A DNA stretch of 64,000 nt, from NCBI GenBank assembly GCA_000320545.1, contig ADNK01000614.1, positions 124,001-188,000 on the forward strand. The letters run 5' to 3'. Below the pieces are notes generated by a model that was given only the letters and a program-made list of their open reading frames with translations, did no database searches and was not told where the DNA came from. Made by a program: the position numbers and the translations under genes. Each line of letters begins with the position of its first letter. Position 1 is the stretch's first letter. This DNA comes from Bigelowiella natans CCMP2755 (lineage: Eukaryota > Protista > Cercozoa). Of the stretch, positions 54,045 through 64,000 are shown piece by piece.

Positions 54045-54454
54045 GCTGTAACGCGCAAATGCAAGCTAGACATGCAGTCAGTGCATTCTGCTTGATCGAT
54101 CTGCGAACACACCAGATCGATGCACGCACGTGTGCACACATCGTGCATGCGCAATGCCAGAATGTGCCATGCTAGCCATGCATGCTGGCATGCCATTTCT
54201 AGCATTTGGCCATGTGCACACGTTCAGACATGCATGAATCTGGAGATGATCAAGCTGGATGACGCACGCGGTCATGACAAACACGATGCCCAATTGCAAG
54301 TGAAGGACACAGCGCAGCGTGGTGCAGCTTGACCCCTGAACACTGGAAGTGCCTAGCTAGCAAGTGCAAGCCAGCAACAAGCGCGTCGTGCTGGCGTGCG
54401 TGATGAATCGAGTGAACGCTTGCTAGCTTGGGCCATGCATGCAAACAAACGTGA

Positions 54455-54579
54455 TGAAACAATGAAACAATGAAACAATGAAACAATGATGAAGAACTGC
54501 ATTTCCAAAACGTTGCAAGACACTTGCAGTGTGCAAAATGCAGTGCCTCGAACTGGCTTCAGTGAGGACTGTGACTAGC
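54455..54579 (+). mobile_element. Interspersed repeat end, copy B ((ATGAAACA)4 + hairpin + CTAG)
   Basis: Inverted copy of 26908-27027. Hairpin CCTC-GA-ACTG-GCTT-CAGT-GAGG ends 7 nt before CTAG. Confidence 0.45.
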
Positions 54580-55177
54580 AAATCAACCAGCTGGTTTGCC
54601 AAAAAGGCATGACTCAGTCATTGGGAAGCAATGACACTAGCGGCAAAATTCTGACGGCGCAAGACCTCCACTCTGAGCAAAAACTTCCTGAAGGCCATGT
54701 CCACACGACGATCTACGTTTGGATCATCTGAGCGGGGCCCCAGCAGAATTTTGGTTTTGGAGGAGTCTGGAGCGTCAAAGAATGAAGAGTGGAGGGAAGA
54801 AGCTGAACCCAGAGCTAATCTCATGTGCGAGAGAAGTTTGCATCTCTCTGCATTCAAGTGAATGCAATGATGGATGAGGTGGATGAAATAATAGACACTA
54901 TTGCATGTCTATCATTGAAGAACCACACTTTGAAAGTGTGGCAGGACGTCGCCAAGCCACTGTGCATGCTTGAGCTCCCATGTGTTTATTTCTTCGAAAT
55001 GGAGGGGATTTGTTGCCATACTTTTGGCTTATTATGTTGTCGTAGGGACAAAAAGCGAAGGAAGGAGGAAGCTCCAAGCACGTGTTCTTTCTTCCATCGG
55101 GTTCCATTCAAGAACCTCTCCATCACTCCCACACCCCTCCACGAAGGCCTCGTACCTAGTTAGAGAAAAGGAGCAGG

Positions 55178-56778
55178 ATGGGTATTACAATATCCTTTGA
55201 GAACGACACGGAGTGCGACTTCAAGGTGAAAGCGAGAGAGAGAGAGGGGGGGGGGGAGAGAGAGATGTTAAGTGGACATTTGCCGAGCATGAGGAATGAT
55301 GACGCAGTCGCTGTCTTCTTTGTTTGGTTCAACAAGACATTTGATCATAATAATAACAACAAAGCGATGGGATCAGGTGACCTTACGACTGCGCGGGTCG
55401 GCAATCTCGGTGGGCCAGTCGATCGTCAATAGGGGAACCACGGTAGGACGAGGAGGAGGAGGAGGAGAAGGAGGGGGAGGAACACAAGAAAAAAATATAC
55501 ATCACACAGCAAGATAGAGATGTCGCCTTTTCGACGACGGCGATCGTCAATGTGATAAGCATCCATACGTATGGAGTCGATTAAATCTGCTCGCATACGT
55601 TAATAGCAAGCAGCAGGGACTTTTCTTTCCCTTGTTGTCCTTTCAGTCTATAGATGACATCTACGGTGTGGATGATTAGTGGAGCAAGACGGATTCTGGC
55701 ATTTCGGCTTCTATGTCTTATTCAGTGCTTTTGGAAGGTGATCTGTCTCACTCCTTTGGTGTTACTGATATTCGTTTAAAAGATAGCGAGATATGAATGG
55801 ATTTACTCGCAGCTTGCTACTAATTATTCAAATTATTCATACACACGAACAATTGATTATTGGATCAATTTTTGCAATCTGATAGATCTAACATCGCCAC
55901 TCATCTTCACGGGTATGTTACTTTTATTAATTGCTCTCTGTCATGGAAGAATATGCCGAAATAACGTGCTACATCAGCATACGCGGAGCAACACATTGTT
56001 AGCTCCCAACCCCTGTATCCATCATCTCATATATCCACTCATCAATTATCTTAGTATGATGATCGGTGCCACTAGGTGATAAGTACGAGACGCCTAAATG
56101 GGTCGCCATCGTATCCGCCCCGGCAGCGAAGGTGGTTTGGGAAGGATTAGGAGGAAGAGGAGGAGGAGCGGACAAGCAAACACTCTTGTATTTATTTCGG
56201 ATAATGTTATCGTCGTGAAGCAGTGGGATCCTGCTAAAGCTGCCAAGGCTAATACGTTGGCTTAGAACGAGGAAGAAGAAATTAAATAATGTGTCACTTC
56301 TTCTCGTTGCCTGCTCGACATCTTCATGTATGAACTGCCTAGAATATGTGCTTTATTTCCTTTATCTGACGAAAGCTACAACAAAATACTAATCAAGGGC
56401 GAGAGGCGCTACAGAATTAGTGAACTGACGTCGGATCCCCCCCCCGACCAATCCAAGCTCTCATTGCCACAAGGAGGTACGTGTGGAGGGGATGAGGATG
56501 GGGATGGGGGATGGAGAAGCTCGGTTGCATTAATTTTGTCATCACTGAAACACTCTTCTTCGACTGAGTCTATAGAACGCAACACCTACAAATCATACGT
56601 TGATAAACATATCATAGTAAATAGGACAATCATCACCATCATTATCATCATCATCATCAATGTCATCATCGTCATCTCTGCATTATCAGAAGCGGATGAA
56701 GAAAAAGACGACAACCAATTATCCCGTCCGGCAGCAGAACAGAATGAAGTGCTTTTCCTTGTCCCTTATATATAAAAA

Positions 56779-56843
<65 letters not shown>

Positions 56844-57202
56844 CATATACATATAAATTTATAAGAGTAGTAACAGAGGTTCCCCTCCACCATAAAACCA
56901 AGCAGGAAGCAGACGCTGCGATCTCCGCATTTCGAAATATGGAGGAGAAGCTGATGAGCGAGATGAAAAAAGAGGTCAGGCGAAGCAAGAGAGGAGAAGG
57001 AGGGAAGGCGGGGGGGGGGTTAAAGTGATGTTACACTACGTATCTGTTTGCGCTTGCTCTTGTGAATGTGTATGCTTCTTCGTGGTTGTCGTCGTCGTCG
57101 TAGGATCATTACTGGAACGGCCAACAGATCGGTCTCACAGCGTTGGCAAATCGGTAGTCAGCACGTCACTGACTGCCTTGTGGAAGAAGAGATCTATCCC
57201 TA

Positions 57203-57241
<39 letters not shown>

Positions 57242-58501
57242 AAAAACGATGATATATCGTAGCGCCGCATCAGCCCGAGACACGTTCAAAGGTAGTAAAT
57301 CGTGGTAGAAATCTCAAGAATGACTTTCTAGCCATCGGCAGAGGAGCAGTACTTTGTCAGATAAGGATGTATATTGTCCTCGTGTGAATAATGATGATCA
57401 CAGGGTTGTCTGAGTTCGTGATGACGGACATGAAGATCGAGCTGGCAAAGGCATCGTTTGCACCCCACCATTGAAACAACAGCATAAGAAACTACTACGA
57501 TTGTTCGCATAGGAGCTGTACAGCGTTGTATGGCAATGAATGTGTATATGACTACTAGAATCATCAAGCCATCATCATCACCCGTCTCCCCCTCCACTAT
57601 CTAAATAATCCCCCACCCTACTCTCTGCCCCGCTCTCCAGGCAAGATCGTTGGCCTCCGCACATGAAATCGCCGATGGAGAGTACGGGTGGGTGGTACAC
57701 GTGGGCGCCATTGTTGTCGATGACAATGCTGCTGCTGCCACTGTGCTACTGCTGCTATAACTATTCTTCGTGTTGGAGCTCTGACTTGGCCCTTTAGATG
57801 CCGCAGCAGCAGCAGCAGCAGCAGTGTTGCTATTCTGTGTATTATGTATCACTTTGCAATATCATAATCGTCACCATCATCATCATCTTTTTCCCTTTTT
57901 ATCCATCATCACTCTGCTCCTCTTATCCTCCTCCTCCTCCTCCTCCTCCTCCTCCTCCTCGTCCTTCCCCTCCTCCTTCTTCTCATCATCGTCATCATCA
58001 GCACGATGAAGCTAGCATGCGAGGAGTTTTGCCGTGTGAGAGCAGGACAGGCTGAGGCATCACGTGTGCTGGCAGAAAATGTCGTTGTCGACCTACTACT
58101 ACTACTAATACCACTGCTATCATCACAACAAACGCAACAATAATATGCGTCAAAAGAGAGCCACATGACATCACACAACCGAATCTTCGTTATTGTCGTC
58201 ATGTCGTCCTCATAAAGCCTATATCATTCTATTACTACGACATAATATCCAAATGGAGACTGTGGCTGTTACTCATATAATCATTCCTCCTACTCTTCCT
58301 CCTCCTCCACCTCCTCCTTCTCCCCCACCTCCTCCACCTCCTCCTGCTCCTTTGAAACTGAGTTGTTGTCTCCACTTTGTAATCATAATGCAGGTGCTGA
58401 AGAAGGCGCACAACAGCCTCAAATCACAGGAGCTCAACATGGGTAGTAGTAGTAGTAATAGTAGTAGTAGTAGTAGTAAGTAGAAGTGATTCTCTGTGTT
58501 G

Positions 58502-58545
<44 letters not shown>

Positions 58546-60235
58546 TGTTTGTTTACAGTGTGTACTTTCTGCCCCCCTCCCCCCCTCCCCACCCAAAATC
58601 TAAGGCAAACTTAAGGCAAAGGCTCTGGGTCCCGTCGATGCATCTGTTGCTAGCATAATGTACACACAGCACGAAGAGAGCAAAACGACGACAGTTGTTG
58701 CACTTGATCATGCGTGTCATATATATATATATATATATATATATACACTCCATCAAAACTAACCTGCGGTGAGGAGGAATAACACTAACAACAACAATAA
58801 CAATAACAATGACAATAATAATGGTGATAATCAGGTCAGTACGGGACAAATGCCTCAACGAATTCACAGAATACCGGAAGGTTGCACAATCATATTAAAA
58901 ACACACACACACACACATACACACACCTAAATAAAAACATATACATATATTCTTTACTACCATGCGTGCTTCATTGTCTATCTTCCGCACATAAACAGTC
59001 CTCCGTGTGGTGTATTTTGTGTGTATTATTATTATTTTATTATTTCAGACAAAGGAAGACTCGGTTTTGCGAGATCAGAAAGAGTAAGTAGCTGGAGAGT
59101 CATTAAGAAATTGTATACATACGGGGAGGAGGGAGGCGGAAAGCAGCGGTGAAATCATGTATGCGTCAGTACTGATGACGACGACTAAATAATGGTGAAG
59201 AATGATGATGACACAAAGCATATATTAACGTAGTAGTAGTGGTGGTGGTGGTAGTAGTAGTCGTCTTACACGCTATTCACATGATAGCAATAACCAGCGC
59301 ACATGTGCTCATGCACTATCTATCACAACATGTGCCATTCCCCCCCCCCTCCCCCCTCCCCCCCCGTCTTTCATCATTCAATAGAGCGTCAGAGTCTTCT
59401 TCTTCCTCCACTTCCAAAGACCCCTACATGTGCCTCCGGAGGTATATATCTCAACCGTGAGTTCTTACCTGCAGAAAACTTCGGATATAATTTGACCGCC
59501 CCTGATAACGATGAAACATTGTGCTAGTCACGCTGACTTTATGCTTCTCCTCTTTCTCTTCCTCCTCCTCCTCCTCCTCCTCCTCCTCCTCCTTCTCGTC
59601 GTCGTTGTCGTCGTTCTCTTTCTGTCTTTTACCACCACGGTGGGTGGGTCTCCATCACCTCATAGATACATGAAATCTGTAAACGAGCTTCACAATGTCC
59701 AGGTGTTCAAGAGGAGGGGGGGGGGTAGAGTGTAGAGGAGGAGGAGGAGGAGAGGAGTAATAGTAGTAGCATTTCCTTACCGACGACAAAAGAGCCTTTT
59801 CCTTTATTGCTCCTTCTTCTTCTCCTTCTTCTTCTTCTTCTTCTTCTCCTTCTTCTCGCACTTTACGGATTTTTGTTTCGATCAGGCAAGTTATCCTCAA
59901 AAAGTGGTCCAGGCAGCTAATGTACTACTAGTATAGTAATAGTAGTAGTAGTAGTAGTGGTAGTAGTACCTACTTTTATCACTGCCTCTATGATGATGAC
60001 GATGATGATGGTGTGATAACGATAACAGAGCGTTCGAGAAGCTGACATGAAGAGCACAAAAGAGCTGCAGGTGTCTGCTTTCAATAGATAGAAAGCGCTT
60101 CATCTTGTCTTGTTAAGACGCCCTGTCATCACCACCACCATCATCATCATCATCATCATCATTATCATTATCACCTTCCATTGACAGGAAACACTGATCT
60201 CCATGCTAGCCGCTCAGAAAGACTATTATATTCAG

Positions 60236-60266
<31 letters not shown>

Positions 60267-61207
60267 AAAAGGTGTCATTGCAATTTCTAAAGCAGCAGGT
60301 GCAGAGAGAGAGAGAGAGAGAAAGTAAGAGAGAGAAAGATTAAACTCACACAATTTCACACGTGATAATACCACTATCCCCACAGCGCGTGCAGAGTATA
60401 GAAACCCTGACCAAGTCGGTAATTGAACTCCAGAGAACAGGAGAGGGAGGGGGGGGGGGGGGGGGGGGGATAGAGATGGTCGAAGTGGAACTGTGGAGAT
60501 GATACAGATACTGTGTTAGTTTGCTCAAGAATGCTGATATGAGTATATGTTAATGTTTACCTACACACAAAGCGCACACACACACACACACACACACATG
60601 ATTTGTACACAGCTTAAGTAAGGGTATTGGTGAGGATAGATAGGCCTGCGACGCTAAGATGTGCGATTTGTGCGTGCTTTGTATGTGCTCTGTGTGTGTA
60701 CTCATCATATATCATGCAGGTAGCGGACATAAACGTGGAAGAAGACCACAAGCTCTTCGGAAAAGAATTGGTTATAACTTTTAGAAACGTTATGATCACG
60801 TTAATAATGATGATGATGATGATGACGACGGCGACGACGGCGACTTCAAGTAGTCAATTACGCTACTACTGATCATCTAAAATCTGCCCCCCCCCCCCCC
60901 CCCCCTCCCCTTCTTTCCTTCGTAATTATTTGAAGGCTTGGATTGAAATCGGTGAGACGGCGAAAGTTTGCATCATTGAGTTCGAGCCTAAACCTATCGG
61001 TAGTAGTAGATGTATTTATAAATAATATACATATACTTTTACATATACATTCTTCTCCTACTGATGCTGCCTGCCAAATAGTAGTAGTAGTAGTAGTAGT
61101 AGTTGTTGTGGTAGAGTCAAGTGCGCATATGCTTTCTCTCTCTCTGTCTCTCAGTTGCAATAGCAGTAGCAAGCACGGTCGTTCTGTTGATAGTGGAAGT
61201 AGTGGTA

Positions 61208-61239
<32 letters not shown>

Positions 61240-61480
61240 GTTATGTCCTCACTTGTTCTTTTGCTTCTCCCCTTCCTCCTCACCCACAGGACTCGTATTC
61301 AGAAATAGGGTGGTCATTGAGGTTGACCGTGATAAAATGCTGCATGTGATTCAATTCGTTCATTAACCACATGATCCCTCCTCTTTGCATTTCTTCTTCT
61401 TCATCATCTTCTTCTATCACCCCTCAATGCCATCTTGCTACTTTGTGTATAGTTTCCCTGACTCTCCCTTCCTCCCATCC

Positions 61481-61512
<32 letters not shown>

Positions 61513-61855
61513 ATTTATCTATTTCACGCCCCCGAACAATGCAAACAACCGAAGGTGGTTAAGGGCTCGCAGGCGGAGATGAAAGGTTGATCAAGTACAA
61601 CAACAACAACAACAACAAACAACAGAAACAGTAGTAAAGACTTCAGCCCTCACTGTCATTCCTCACTCTCTCCACATCTTCTCTACACCTCTTCTTCTCT
61701 CTGATCTCCCTCCTATCCCCACCCCCCCCCGCACCCTTTGTGCACGTTCACTCAGGGGTGAATCTAGGGTGGCAAATACTAGCAATCGATGGAAAGCGTT
61801 CTCCTCCGGATCATAGGGTCATTCAGTGGATATTATGGGGCCTTTTTGCGTGTTT

Positions 61856-61895
<40 letters not shown>

Positions 61896-62673
61896 GCACA
61901 CACACACACACACACATACAATAAGAAGACAATAAAAAGTTGAATATATGCACACATGCGAATAATTCAAGTTTACTCGTCGTCCTCCTCATCAGACTAT
62001 CGAAGTACTACTTAGAAAGCTGCTACAGGCAGGGAGGAAGATAAAAGTAAGGAGGACTTTGATCAACCACTTATCTCGCCAGGATATCATTTATGCTGGG
62101 TTTCTGCGTATGTTATCTATGTTTCTCAGAAGGCATTCTCGATAGTACTGATATCTGAACGCTTTTATTTCTTAATGCCATTGAGCCGATGATTATTCAG
62201 ATATTTATCGATGAAATCATCAGTCTCTTTTCTTTCAGTTGCTGCTCGCCTTAAACGAATTGTAGTCATTTATTATTCATAATTATTATCACCTTTACAA
62301 TTAGATCAAGTTCGGCAAAAACCTTGGGAAAAGCGATCCCTTCTATCGACAGCCCCCCCCTGAGAGGGAGAATAAGGCACGACGAGGAAGAGAGAGAGGG
62401 AACAGGGTTGGTGGGAGAGGAAGGAGGAAGGAGGACTTGCGTCCTTTTTTTTTAAAAGCGATATCAATGCTATGAAGTAGTAAGTGCCATACCAGAATTT
62501 CTCAAGGAAACGAATGAAAATGCAGAGGCCAATGATGCATTTCCTCTTCCTCGTCCTTCTTCTCCTAACATCAGAATATCGAGAATCTTCTCCAAAGTGA
62601 AGTCATACACACAGGGCAACTGCAATACTTTCAGCGGTAATAATAAGAACAAACGCCGTCACCACCTTCATCG

Positions 62674-62718
<45 letters not shown>

Positions 62719-62900
62719 CTTCACAAAATATACGCGCAAGTAACCGGTAGTACCACATCGTCAGGGGCCTCTTCGGAGGGTGGGGTGAGTGCCAGGGCGT
62801 TGTCACGAAGAGAGGTAGTATATGAACGTCACTACTTAGTTCCATATAACGGGGAGGAGGAGGAGGAGGAGGAGGAGGAGGAGGAGGAGAAAAACTTGAG

Positions 62901-62941
<41 letters not shown>

Positions 62942-63872
62942 CATCGATGTGATGTGTAGTTGCAGAATAAAAACAAAGATGCTTACTTTTAACATCTAGC
63001 CAGATGATATATGTATGTGTGTGTGTGTGTGTTTTTGCATGATGGCAGGAAAGCTGCACATCTTCAAGAGTGGGAAGGTGAGGATAAAATTCTATTGCCA
63101 ACTAGTAGTTGACTCACCCACATCCTTCATTTTATCCCCCCATCATCGTGTTTTCACTATCACCGCCACCGCCATAAATCGATCTATCGTTTCTCATGCA
63201 TCATCAGACGCTCGCGAAGGCATCTTTGATCGTGTCCATCAACCTGAAGGTCCTCATCTTTGACTATTGATGATAACGATGGTGATGATGATGATGATGA
63301 TGACGATGAGATGGAGGGAGCAGGAAGAGGAGGAGGAGGAGAAAGTGAAGAGTCGCAGACAATAGCATCCGCACGTTCTCATGCCTTTTTGCGGTGCGTG
63401 TGTGTTTGTAATTCCGACCATCCCTTGAATGATGCATGCAGATGTCCCGCATAACTACTGGCGAGACTATGGAGGAATTCATCGTCGTTGAGCAGCAATC
63501 TGGCATGCTGTTCGGGTCAAAGGAGGTTTCACACCGCGTCAAGGTGATGACAGAGCGACTAGGATATTGAGGAATGTGTGCCTGTGTGTGTATGTATGTG
63601 TGAAAAAGTACTTGTCAGTCTGAAATCCAATCCTCGCCACATGATCACTAATGTGTGCTTTATTTGAATTATTTGCCTTTTTTATGTATGTCGGGGTAAT
63701 ATATTGCGCTGTGTGTTTGTCTATCTACTCTTCCTCTATTATCTCTCGTATCATCAATTAGTCTGGCAACGACGCAGAATGGAAGGTAAACATTAATAAA
63801 TATGCCAAACCTGAACCGAATACTGCCCCAGAAGAAGCAACAGTCTCGGCGGTAGAAAAAGCAGCAAAATAG
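55178..63872 (+). CDS. F-BAR + PDZ + PH domain protein, ~30 short exons; 5' exons uncertain
   Basis: F-BAR from exon at 57104: DHYWNGQQIGLTALANR/AASARDTFKGLSEFVMTDMKIELAKARSL ... AEASRVLAEN ... RYMKSVNELHNVQ ... VADINVEEDHKLF (to 60770). PDZ: IGLVFRNRVVIEVVKGSQAEMKGVNLGWQILAIDGK (~60935-62044). PH: VIHTGQLQYFQRGLFGGWGECQGVVTKRGKLHIFK..IVSINLK..EFIVVEQ..AEWKVNINKY. Last exon 63762-63872. Confidence 0.75.
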
Positions 63873-64000
63873 CTGTGGTTACGAGAATATCATCTTAAAG
63901 TGTGTTTTTCCCTGCACACATATCAGATATATTTTGTAGCGCAAAGTGTGCTGAAATATGACAATGACAGATTTCTATACCTAATATACATTAACTGTAT

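Noticed and set aside
54486-54520. Hammerhead-like TGATGA...CAAAAC core in the repeat (also CTGATGA at ~24972)
   Set aside because: Both repeat copies have A instead of the conserved C before TGATGA and lack GAAA, and stems I and III do not form convincingly.
26908-54579. Inverted repeats as TIRs of one 27.6-kb giant transposon or viral element
   Set aside because: The interior holds ordinary intron-rich host genes, with no transposase, polymerase or capsid gene and no matching TSD. Two independent insertions are simpler.
54600-55100. Possible decayed transposase or pseudogene fragment
   Set aside because: Coding-like composition, but stops in the frames examined and no recognisable motif.
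1-64000. Hundreds of short ORFs (poly-Y/I, C/V, S/L, E/R, P) and any CRISPR, tRNA or rRNA call
   Set aside because: The short ORFs are microsatellite translations or antisense shadows of real exons. No repeat-spacer array, cloverleaf or rRNA signature was seen.

Overview
Eukaryotic nuclear DNA: gene-dense, very intron-rich, with microsatellite-laden introns, so the ORF track captures only fragments. A bipartite plastid-targeting leader plus this intron and SSR style suggests a secondary-plastid alga such as a chlorarachniophyte (inference). By joining GT-AG exons by hand I reconstruct 12 protein genes, in order: Coa1/Tim21-like mitochondrial protein (+), syntaxin-5/Sed5 (-), Gbp2/Hrb1-like 3-RRM protein with an ALYREF-like N-terminal motif (+), homolog of uncharacterised plant At3g28720-type membrane proteins (-), coiled-coil protein (+), Arf1-type GTPase (-), septin with two C-terminal TM helices (+), FLZ-like zinc-finger protein (-), Munc13-like C2+MUN protein (-), plastid-targeted CRM/YhbY protein (+), giant Pmp-repeat/Cys-rich/multi-TM surface protein (+), and F-BAR-PDZ-PH protein (+). 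Non-coding highlights: a ~195-bp TG..CA element flanked by CCTTT repeats that holds several perfect stems and a potential pseudoknot; two inverted copies of a hairpin+CTAG repeat end 27.6 kb apart; a 163-bp tandem duplication that creates a frame-preserving exon; and 3' intergenic spacers rich in TGCA/CATG/CTAG. I recognised no rRNA, tRNA or CRISPR. Family assignments come from motif recognition only; no searches were run.
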